This document shows, piece by piece, positions 41,646-48,781 of a DNA stretch of 64,000 nucleotides. Every line of letters starts with the position of its first letter. Within the stretch, counting starts at the first letter, position 1. Location: the IMG/VR virus record IMGVR_UViG_3300028377_000002; one strand, 5' to 3'. The position numbers and the translations under genes were made by a program. The stretch comes from an uncultured virus (IMG/VR IMGVR_UViG_3300028377_000002) (Duplodnaviria > Heunggongvirae > Uroviricota > Caudoviricetes). The notes below the pieces were generated by a model. That model did not search any database, was not told the DNA's origin, and saw only the letters and a list, made by a program, of their open reading frames with translations.

Positions 41646-42347
41646 ATGAGAAAGAAGAAATATTTATGCGTATTTAGACCCAAGAAAAATTGGGTTATTT
41701 AATTATGGAGAATATCAATTTAAATATGAACCTTTTTATATAGGTAAAGGTTGTAATAAAAGATGTGATGAACATTTACGTGAATCATCTCTTAAAGAAA
41801 AATCTTTTAAAAATAATAAAATAAATAAACTTTTAAAATTATAGGTTTAAACCCTAATTTTAAAAGTTAGTGAAAATTTATTTGAAGTTGATGCTTTTGA
41901 ATTAGAAATTAAAATTATAGAAAAAATTGGTAGATTTAATTAAAAAAAAGGACCTCTAACTAATTTAACTGATGGTGGTGACGGAATTTCTGGTTTAATT
42001 AAAACTAAAGAACATAGAGAAAACTTAGTAAAAGTCACACTGGTAAAAAAATGTCAGTAGAAGCTAGAAAAAAAATTAGTGATTCCTTAAAAGGTAAAAA
42101 GGGTCGAAATACTGGAAATAAGCATTCTGAAGAAACTAAAATTAAAATTAGTGAAACAAAAAAAGGTACTATTAGTTGGAATGCTAAATCGATTATTCAA
42201 TTATCTAAAGATGATAAAAAAATAAAAGAATGGAGAAGTGCTAAATCCGCTGCTGAAAAATTAAAATTAAGTCAAGGTAATATTTGGTCAGTAATAAATG
42301 GTGATAGAAATACTTGTGGTGGTTTTAAATGGAAATTAAAAATATAA
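41646..42347 (+). pseudogene. Degenerate GIY-YIG/NUMOD3/NUMOD1 homing endonuclease
   Basis: IYAYLDPRK..EPFYIGKG, GPLTNLTDGGDG, HSEETKIKIS, NUMOD1 ..GGFKWK spread over frames with stops. Confidence 0.8.
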
Positions 42348-42625
42348 TTATGAAAGAATTTATAAATAAAATGGGTTTTAGGTTAGCAAGTTGGTTATAC
42401 CAATATGGTATTATTGCACCAGAACTATTAGAACATAAAAAATATAGAATAATGAATGATGAGGAAATGGAAGATATAAAAAAATCTTTAAAGTTTTGGG
42501 GTGAATTATCGATGGATATGAAAATGGAATACTTAGGATATATGAAAAAATATAATGTTTTTGATGTAACTCCAGATAATATAACCGATGAACAATTAGT
42601 TGAATTATGGATGTATGCGGTTTAG
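42329..42625 (+). CDS. Hypothetical protein
   Basis: ORF only. Confidence 0.5.
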   Translation: MEIKNIIMKEFINKMGFRLASWLYQYGIIAPELLEHKKYRIMNDEEMEDIKKSLKFWGELSMDMKMEYLGYMKKYNVFDVTPDNITDEQLVELWMYAV

Positions 42626-42645
42626 TGTTGATGGTATTAGTTTGA

Positions 42646-43113
42646 GTGAATTGGTTAATTGAAACTCAATATAATACTTTAAAAGAAAGATTAATTGAAG
42701 ATTGTTGGGATGGTTACGAACAAAAGGGTATGAAAAAGAAGTTTTTAAATAATAAGGAAAAGCAAGCTCTAAAACAAAAAAGAGCTGACATGATAGTTGA
42801 ATCGTTTAATGATACCTATAATAAAATAAAGCGATTGAATGAAAGTGAGGAAGTAGATGAAACTACGGAAGAACCACAAATGGATGAAAAGGTCCAAGTG
42901 GGTCACCAAGACGACGAAGCTAAAATGCTTAAGAAAGAATTAATTAGAGCATCTAAGATGGTTCATATGTTATATGATAAATTAGATGATTATGATAAGA
43001 TGGAAGCTAAAGCAGACTTCCCTCAATGGTGGCAAAAGAAAATCATATTAGCCAACTCTTTACTAGATGATGCGTTTGATTATCTAGATGGTGAGGAAAA
43101 ATATTCAAATTAA
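42646..43113 (+). CDS. Hypothetical late protein (likely start ATG 42730)
   Basis: DFPQWWQKKI motif; N-terminus duplicated at 41397. Confidence 0.55.
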   Translation: MNWLIETQYNTLKERLIEDCWDGYEQKGMKKKFLNNKEKQALKQKRADMIVESFNDTYNKIKRLNESEEVDETTEEPQMDEKVQVGHQDDEAKMLKKELIRASKMVHMLYDKLDDYDKMEAKADFPQWWQKKIILANSLLDDAFDYLDGEEKYSN

Positions 43114-43166
43114 AAAGTTAATAATCAAGGGGTTATAAATTAATTTAAAAAAAAAGTATAAAAAAC

Positions 43167-43198
43167 CTTTGTTTAAGTGAAATGTTTTAGTATATTTG
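43167..43198 (+). promoter_or_regulatory. Bacteroidota sigma-A-type promoter of the tRNA operon
   Basis: CTTTG...TATATTTG (-33/-7 consensus). Confidence 0.75.
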
Positions 43199-43249
43199 TA
43201 CTATATATTAATAACGATAAGGGTGAAAACCTACAAATAAATTTAGAAA

Positions 43250-43357
43250 ATGCAACTTACAAGTATAATACATATTAGCAATTCGATGAGTAATTGGAGA
43301 CGTAATCCAATTCAGTCAGGTATGTCTATACTCGAAGGTGGAAGTTGGTCTGGTTAA
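43250..43357 (+). CDS. Putative leader peptide MQLTSIIHISNSMSNWRRNPIQSGMSILEGGSWSG
   Basis: Between promoter and terminator; composition matches downstream tRNA set. Confidence 0.7.
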   Translation: MQLTSIIHISNSMSNWRRNPIQSGMSILEGGSWSG

Positions 43358-43385
43358 ACAGAGAAACAAAACCAAAAGATAAGAT

Positions 43386-43419
43386 AAAAGTCCTGACAAA
43401 ATGTTAGGACTTTTTTTTT
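43386..43419 (+). terminator. Attenuator-type intrinsic terminator before first tRNA
   Basis: AAAAGTCCTGACA-AAA-TGTTAGGAC followed by T9. Confidence 0.8.
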
Positions 43420-43434
43420 GTAGTTCATTTACAT

Positions 43435-43511
43435 GGTGTATATAGCTTAACTGGATAAAGCACTCGGTTGTGGTCCGAGGGGATGTCAGTTCGAATCTGA
43501 TTATACACCCA
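43435..43511 (+). tRNA. tRNA-His(GTG)
   Basis: Cloverleaf with G-1; CTCGG-TTGTGGT-CCGAG. Confidence 0.88.
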
Positions 43512-43519
43512 AATAATAT

Positions 43520-43596
43520 GGTGTTTTTGTGCCAAATTGGAAAGGCAGTCAGGCTGTGACCCTGATTACATCGGTTGGATTCCGATATAACACCCA
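43520..43596 (+). tRNA. tRNA-His(GTG), divergent second copy
   Basis: TCAGG-CTGTGAC-CCTGA; T-loop TTGGATT. Confidence 0.65.
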
Positions 43597-43599
43597 AAT

Positions 43600-43672
43600 C
43601 GTGGTAGTCGGGATGACCAAGCTCTGGAAAGAGTATACTAGTTTTGTCGGGGTTCGAATCCCCTTTATTACG
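43600..43672 (+). tRNA. Atypical tRNA-like RNA, possible Ser(GGA)
   Basis: CGTGGTA/TATTACG acceptor, GGGG-TTCGAAT-CCCC T-arm, GCTC-TGGAAA-GAGT; short D-arm. Confidence 0.4.
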
Positions 43673-43736
43673 CTAAATTGTTCATTGACATATTGAAAAT
43701 AAGTTGTGACGTGGGTTAACCAACCCATGTCGACAC

Positions 43737-43815
43737 ACGAGCGCATCCATTGGAGAGGTAAGCGGTCTCCAAAACCGTGGCTTAGGCCCTGCTGGTTCGA
43801 CTCCAGCCGTTCGTG
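43737..43815 (+). tRNA. tRNA-Trp(CCA) with extra variable hairpin
   Basis: A1-U72, G73; GCGGT-CTCCAAA-ACCGT; GCTGG-TTCGACT-CCAGC. Confidence 0.65.
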
Positions 43816-43826
43816 CAATTATAAAC

Positions 43827-43898
43827 ACTCCTATGGTGAAATCGGTATCACGCTGGTCTCCAAAACCAGTATTCTCAGTTCGAGTCTGAGTAGGTGCG
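43827..43898 (+). tRNA. tRNA-Trp(CCA)
   Basis: CTGGT-CTCCAAA-ACCAG; imperfect acceptor stem. Confidence 0.75.
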
Positions 43899-43905
43899 CA
43901 AATAC

Positions 43906-43999
43906 GGAGGGGTAAGTCGAAAGATTCTGGGTAACGTCTGCGGTTTTGAAAACCGTTAGTTCCGAAAGGGGCGTATGGGTTCGAATCCCATTCCCTCCG
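43906..43999 (+). tRNA. tRNA-Ser(TGA), enlarged D-loop
   Basis: GCGGT-TTTGAAA-ACCGT, long variable arm, G73. Confidence 0.75.
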
Positions 44000-44118
44000 C
44001 AATAGTTACCCAGCTTGTTCCGTCATGGGTTATAAAATTTACATCGATTAACGGAACCCAATGAAGGAGACCTTACCGAAAAAGTAGGTTAAAGGTGTTG
44101 TAATAATGACTATTAATT

Positions 44119-44205
44119 GGAGAGGTGGCAGAGCGGGCGATTGCGCTGGTCTTGAAAACCAGTGACCGTGAAAGCGGTCCGTGGGTTCGAATCCCACCCT
44201 CTCCG
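44119..44205 (+). tRNA. tRNA-Ser(TGA)
   Basis: Canonical class II cloverleaf. Confidence 0.92.
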
Positions 44206-44292
44206 CAAATATTATCGGAAGATGATGTCTAAATCAATATTAGTATTTTAATGGTGAACTATAGATAGTCATTAAAGAAAGTTATTGATTTC

Positions 44293-44361
44293 GCAATAGA
44301 GTGTGGTGGTAGCACGGCTCCGTTAAAGGGGTAGGGTTCAGGTTCGATTCCTGTTATTGCA
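44293..44361 (+). tRNA. Atypical tRNA-like RNA, anticodon ambiguous (GTT or TTA)
   Basis: GCAATAG/TTATTGC acceptor, CAGG-TTCGATT-CCTG, GCTCC-GTTAAA-GGGGT. Confidence 0.4.
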
Positions 44362-44375
44362 ACTATTAAAATAAT

Positions 44376-44448
44376 GGACTGATAGCTCAGTGGTCAGAGC
44401 AGGGAGCTGTTAACTCTCAGGTCGTGGGTTCGAATCCCACTCGGTCCT
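44376..44448 (+). tRNA. tRNA-Asn(GTT)
   Basis: GGGAG-CTGTTAA-CTCTC; discriminator T. Confidence 0.85.
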
Positions 44449-44574
44449 CTAGAAAGTATGTGAAAGCATTAATTTGCAAGGGGATGTACGTTATCGAGTG
44501 GTGAGAGACTACTATGGATGATAGGTTACAAATAATCCAACAGACGCTTTGAGATTCCTATCACTTTCTAATTT

Positions 44575-44664
44575 GGCCATGTATCCGAGGGGGACTTCTA
44601 ACCCCTTATCCGTAAATGGAGATGAGATAATATCAAATGGGGGGTTCGAATCCCTCCATGGTCA
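44575..44664 (+). tRNA. Rearranged tRNA-like RNA, Arg(TCT)
   Basis: GGCCATG/CATGGTC acceptor, no 5' D-arm, CTTCTAA loop, long insert before T-arm. Confidence 0.55.
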
Positions 44665-44672
44665 CAAAACAA

Positions 44673-44745
44673 TGGTAGGTAGTACTAATGTTAAAACCTT
44701 CGCCTGTTAAGCGAAAAGATGTGGGTTCGAGTCCCACCCTACCAG
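44673..44745 (+). tRNA. tRNA-Asn(GTT)
   Basis: TTCGC-CTGTTAA-GCGAA; U1-A72, G73; weak D-stem. Confidence 0.78.
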
Positions 44746-44840
44746 CAACAAAAAGTGTATTATATTGCACTATTCGTAATTTTTTAGGTCACAAACACTA
44801 AAATTACTTATAAAAGTGTATTTAAATGCACTATAATAAT

Positions 44841-44912
44841 AAACTACTAAGGTGTGGCGACGCATACATCCACGATGATGAGGGTTTAGGTTCAAGTCCT
44901 AGATAGTAGTTT
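44841..44912 (+). ncRNA. tRNA-like RNA, degenerate
   Basis: AAACTACTA/TAGTAGTTT closing stem, TAGG-TTCAAGT-CCTA T-arm. Confidence 0.35.
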
Positions 44913-44919
44913 ATAATAC

Positions 44920-44991
44920 GCTGATGTAGCTCAGAGGCAGAGCAAACGGCTGTTAACCGTTAGGTCGAGATTTCGATATTCTCCATCAGCG
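44920..44991 (+). tRNA. tRNA-Asn(GTT)
   Basis: AACGG-CTGTTAA-CCGTT; G73. Confidence 0.85.
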
Positions 44992-45001
44992 CAATTTAAC
45001 T

Positions 45002-45089
45002 GGAAGGTAGGCAGATACGGTTTGCTGCGCTGGATTGCTAATTCAGTCTTCCCGAAAGGGAAGTGAGGGTTCGAATCCCTTGCCTTCCG
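45002..45089 (+). tRNA. tRNA-Ser(GCT)
   Basis: CTGGA-TTGCTAA-TTCAG, long variable arm. Confidence 0.85.
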
Positions 45090-45101
45090 CTCTCCAGAAA
45101 T

Positions 45102-45174
45102 GCCCCTATGGTGTAATTGAATAACACATGGCCCTTCTAAGGCTTTGTTCTAGGTTTGAGTCCTAGTAGGGGTA
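45102..45174 (+). tRNA. tRNA-Arg(TCT)
   Basis: GGCC-CTTCTAA-GGCT; cloverleaf. Confidence 0.8.
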
Positions 45175-45180
45175 CTATAT

Positions 45181-45257
45181 TGTGCAATAACCAGCATGTC
45201 TGATACACATGACCAAGGTAATGGTTGAAAATGTGGGTTCGAATCCCACTTGCACAA
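45181..45257 (+). tRNA. Rearranged tRNA-like RNA, Ile(GAT)
   Basis: TGTGCAA/TTGCACA, CATGT-CTGATAC-ACATG, GG segment 3' of anticodon arm. Confidence 0.65.
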
Positions 45258-45311
45258 CTAAACACTGCCCTCTGGCGCAATTGGTTAATATCCTATAAAA
45301 ACGTATCATAA

Positions 45312-45388
45312 TGGGTTGTATCCCCTCAAGCTTATATCTTGTAGAAAGGGTAATTGGTTACATGCGAGTTCGAGTCTCGTCTTCCCAA
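45312..45388 (+). tRNA. Rearranged tRNA-like RNA, Ile(TAT)
   Basis: CAAG-CTTATAT-CTTG; CCC/GGG stem; TAATTGGTTA after anticodon arm; two U-U mismatches in acceptor. Confidence 0.58.
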
Positions 45389-45396
45389 CTTAATAT

Positions 45397-45473
45397 TGCC
45401 TCGTATCGGCTCTGACTCATAATCAGTAGAAACCGTAGTTGGTTACACGTGGGTTCGAATCCCTCCGAGGCAA
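45397..45473 (+). tRNA. Rearranged tRNA-like RNA, CAT anticodon (Ile2/Met)
   Basis: TGCCTCG/CGAGGCA, CTGA-CTCATAA-TCAG, CGG/CCG stem, TAGTTGGTTA. Confidence 0.65.
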
Positions 45474-45606
45474 CAAATAAACTTGCATAATTAATTATGT
45501 TTGTGTATATTTGCAATGATTAAAACGAATAGACTATGATAAGAATCAAATTAATAACTTTAAAACAGCATGAACATTAGGTGGAAACACTATAAAAACG
45601 TTCATT

Positions 45607-46079
45607 ATGAAGAAAAGTAAAAGAAAGTGGGCTAGGACCGAAGCTCAAAAAAGAAAAGATTGGTCAATTAATCACACTAGTTATTATTCAGGTGGAGCAC
45701 CAAAATGGTTCTGTAAAATTTTCCATAACTCTGACAAACGTAGATTACAAAAATATCTGTCAGACATAGAAAAAGGCGCTGACCCTGATGAAGTATTCTA
45801 CAACCCTAGATACAATAATAAAGGTGCTAATTGGTACTGGTATTAATTCTTAGTCTGATGAGTAAGAATAGAAACCGAGCTAAACTTAGAAGGGCTGTTA
45901 ATAGCAGAGAGTACACCAAAATGATGAAGATAGAAAGTGTATACTGTCGAATTTGTGCAAAACGAGGTGGTGGTTATGACTTCTCATGTTACCCATCTAA
46001 TTTAAATCCGAAAGGATGGAGATGGAGGATAAATAGAAGTTGGAAAAATAACAGAAAGACCCAATGGAAAGAAAAATAA
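45607..46079 (+). CDS. Two small basic Trp/Arg-rich ORFs (45607-45846; about 45858-46079)
   Basis: Follow TATATTTG promoter at 45506. Confidence 0.5.
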
Positions 46080-46091
46080 TACTGTGGTCTT

Positions 46092-46200
46092 GGGGTAGTA
46101 GCTCAGTTGGTAGAGCAAATTGCGGATTAAATGATTTGAAAAATCGCCTTGCTAAAAGGGAATCAGTTATAGGTCGTAGGTTCAAGTCCTACCTACCCCG
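46092..46200 (+). ncRNA. tRNA-like RNA with branched anticodon domain
   Basis: Perfect acceptor, D and T arms; anticodon arm replaced by two hairpins. Confidence 0.7.
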
Positions 46201-46208
46201 CTAAACAT

Positions 46209-46294
46209 AGAGAGGTACTCAAGCGGTCCAAGAGGCTTGGTTGGAAACTAAGTAGGTCTGAAAAGGCGCATGGGTTCGAATCCCATTCTCTCTG
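46209..46294 (+). tRNA. tRNA-Ser(GGA)
   Basis: CTTGG-TTGGAAA-CTAAG, long variable arm, G73. Confidence 0.85.
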
Positions 46295-46315
46295 CTAACA
46301 TTAATTAAAGATAAA

Positions 46316-46573
46316 ATGGAATTTAATATCATTGATGAAGAAGAATTAAAATATATTGTTAATGTTGATGATGACGGTGATGTCATCATGAGGTACAGCA
46401 AAAGCAGTATTTGGAGCACTGGCACTAGAGGAAACCACATAGGTTCTTTGGAAGACACTGGTAATGACATAAAGATTAAATTAGATGGTAAAGAACTTAC
46501 TTTAGATTATCATGAATTTTTACAATTAAAGTTATTAATGGATATTAAAGTAGAAATAGACGATAATTTATAA
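46316..46573 (+). CDS. Hypothetical protein
   Basis: ORF only. Confidence 0.55.
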   Translation: MEFNIIDEEELKYIVNVDDDGDVIMRYSKSSIWSTGTRGNHIGSLEDTGNDIKIKLDGKELTLDYHEFLQLKLLMDIKVEIDDNL

Positions 46574-46580
46574 ATAATAT

Positions 46581-46654
46581 TGCGGGGTGGACTGGAGCGG
46601 TTCCAGCTCGGTCTCATAAGCCGAATGACGTGGGTTCGAATCCCACCCCCGCTA
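46581..46654 (+). tRNA. tRNA-Met(CAT), initiator-like
   Basis: Unpaired 1:72, GCGGGG acceptor, TCGGT-CTCATAA-GCCGA. Confidence 0.8.
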
Positions 46655-46860
46655 CTAAACATAAAACTAAATAAACCTAATTCAGGTAATTTTAAAAAAA
46701 GGGTAAAGGGTGTTAGAGCTAAAAAAGTCTATATGTTTGATTTGAATTGGAAATTCACTAAAGATTTTAATTCAGCTAAAGAAGCTGGGGAATATAGGTG
46801 TAATTGGTGGTGCTATACAATATGCCTGTACAGAAAGTAAAAATTTTAAATTTAAATATA

Positions 46861-47385
46861 ATGAACAAAAAAAGTAAAAACCTACAGATATGTATCTTAG
46901 GACATGCCAGGCACGGAAAAGACACATTCGCTGAAATATTAGAAGATAAGTTTGATTTTAAATTCAAATCATCATCAATGGCGGCCTCAGAAATATTCAT
47001 ATATGACTTATTAAAGACAAAATATGATTATAAGTCGTTTGAAGAGTGTTTTGAAGATAGGGTAAATCATAGGGCTGAATGGCATGACTTAATATGTGAA
47101 CATAATAAAGATAATAAAGCTAGATTAGCTTCTGAAATACTTGAAGATGCAGATTGTTACGTTGGTATGAGAAGTGACAAAGAAATTGATGAATGCGTTA
47201 GACAAGGTTTGTTTGACTTAATCATATGGGTTGATGCAAGTGAAAGATTACCACTAGAACCTAGAGACTCTTTCAAAATTGATAAATCATATGCCGATGT
47301 AATTGTAGATAACAATAGTACGTTAGAACAGTTTACAAGAAGAGTTTTAAATTTAGGTAAAATCCTATATGGTAATACAAAATGA
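46861..47385 (+). CDS. dNMP kinase-like P-loop protein
   Basis: GHARHGKDT Walker A; GMR..E; ADVIVDNN. Confidence 0.65.
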   Translation: MNKKSKNLQICILGHARHGKDTFAEILEDKFDFKFKSSSMAASEIFIYDLLKTKYDYKSFEECFEDRVNHRAEWHDLICEHNKDNKARLASEILEDADCYVGMRSDKEIDECVRQGLFDLIIWVDASERLPLEPRDSFKIDKSYADVIVDNNSTLEQFTRRVLNLGKILYGNTK

Positions 47386-47393
47386 ATGTATAT

Positions 47394-47463
47394 TGCGTGA
47401 CTCCTAGGTGGAGGGCTTACTCTCATAAGGTTCGCTGGGTCGGTTCGAATCCGATTCACGCTA
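47394..47463 (+). tRNA. tRNA-Met(CAT)-like, divergent
   Basis: GCGTGA/TCACGC, CTCATAA loop, GTCGG-TTCGAAT-CCGAT. Confidence 0.5.
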
Positions 47464-47470
47464 CTCTGAA

Positions 47471-47544
47471 AGTCTCATAGCATAAATGGATAATGCAGTG
47501 GCCTCCTAAGCCAAAGATTGTGAGTTCGAGTCTCACTGGGACTA
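47471..47544 (+). tRNA. tRNA-Arg(CCT)
   Basis: TGGC-CTCCTAA-GCCA; cloverleaf. Confidence 0.85.
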
Positions 47545-47564
47545 CAATTTATTTTCGATATCTA

Positions 47565-47611
47565 ACCCCCTTAGTTCAATGGATAGAACAATCGACTACG
47601 AATCGATAGAT
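47565..47611 (+). pseudogene. Truncated tRNA-Arg(ACG), 5' part only
   Basis: D arm and ATCGA-CTACGAA-TCGAT present; T-arm and 3' acceptor missing. Confidence 0.65.
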
Positions 47612-47683
47612 GCACTTATAGTTTAATTGGAAAAACAGTAGTTTACGACACTACAGACAAAGGTTCGAATCCTTTTAAGTGTT
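47612..47683 (+). tRNA. tRNA-Arg(ACG)
   Basis: GTAGT-TTACGAC-ACTAC; cloverleaf. Confidence 0.75.
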
Positions 47684-47715
47684 CACAACTACATTAATAT
47701 TTTCAATATAACAAG

Positions 47716-48504
47716 ATGAAACATAATAGAGCCTTTCTAGAGCAGTTGAATGGTGAATGGTTAGACGACTTTGTTTACATATCAAAGGAACGTTTAAAGG
47801 ATATGGACTTTGAAGTAATTCCTTTCGACGGCGATGATATAGAAAACACACTATCTTGTTATGTACTAGACATATCCAAAGACATAATAATAGGTTCAGT
47901 TGAATCAACCACCGTCTTCTTTAAAGAATGTGGCGTTGAAGTACCTGAATATTTAGGGTACCCAAAACAATTAAGAGAGTTTTTAGGTAGAGACATACGT
48001 GAACATCAATTTAACTATCTGTATAACTTAGACACACCGTTTTTTATCAAACCAAGTAAAGGGGTGAAAAAATTTACAGGCTGTCTAATAGATAATGTTA
48101 AAAGTTTGCAAATGATAAGTGAATTCTACGATGTTAAGGATAATGATGGTATATTTGTATCTGATAAAGTAGAATTTGTATCTGAATATAGATGTTTTGT
48201 ACACGAAGAAGAATTAAAGGGTATAAAACACTACTCAGGCGACTTTAAAGTGTTTCCTAACGTAGATATCATAGAAAAGATGATAGAGTCTTACACGGAA
48301 GCTAATTGCGCTTATACATTAGATGTGGGTGTTGATAAAGAAGGTAATACTTTATTAGTTGAAGTAAACGATATGTGGGCCATTGGTTCATATGGTTTTG
48401 ATGCTAGAACTTAGGTTCTTATGTGCGTAAGGAGAATGTTTGAAATTGGTAGGCAAAATAATGGTGAAAAAACTCCATTATGGAAAAAGATTCGAAGAGA
48501 TTAA
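47716..48504 (+). CDS. ATP-grasp protein (R2K/DUF4343-like) with in-frame TAG at 48412-48414
   Basis: FFIKP..KKFTG, SEYRCFV, YTLDVG..LVEVND..GSYG; frame stays open 29 codons past TAG. Confidence 0.7.
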
Positions 48505-48523
48505 TATATTTATTTAAAAAGAG

Positions 48524-48781
48524 ATGAATACAGCTAATTTCGATGTTAAAAACGGTACAGGTGTTTTATTATGTTCAGAGTGCAATAAGATAATAAAAAC
48601 TGAAGGTGATTTTGACATAGCTGAGAAATACGCCTATGAAGGGTTAGTATCCATGATGCCTAGATATTGTGATAACCACAATTATAAAGAAATGTCTGGT
48701 AAAGACAGAGCAAGGGAGTTACGTAAAAAAGGTATAAAAGAGTTTAAAAACAATATTAAGAATAAATTAAGAGAAGGATAA
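48524..48781 (+). CDS. Small zinc-binding protein
   Basis: LLCSEC...YCDNH. Confidence 0.5.
   Translation: MNTANFDVKNGTGVLLCSECNKIIKTEGDFDIAEKYAYEGLVSMMPRYCDNHNYKEMSGKDRARELRKKGIKEFKNNIKNKLREG

Larger units (their letters stand above)
41396..42848 (+). repeat. 120-bp perfect direct repeat (41396-41515 and 42729-42848)
   Basis: TATGAAAAAGAAGTTTTT...GAATGAAAGTGA identical in both copies. Confidence 0.92.

Noticed and set aside
43736..43815. Selenocysteine-type tRNA with 8-bp acceptor
   Set aside because: A 7-bp acceptor with A1-U72, G73 and CCA anticodon fits Trp identity; no UCA anticodon or sel genes seen.
44752..44832. Two AAAAGTGTA...TGCACTA mini-hairpins
   Set aside because: Short and AT-rich; no function can be supported.
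43316..47908. ORF-track calls overlapping tRNA genes (43316-, 43549-, 43682-, 43706+, 45997-, 46219-, 46580+)
   Set aside because: Shadow ORFs of structured RNA genes.
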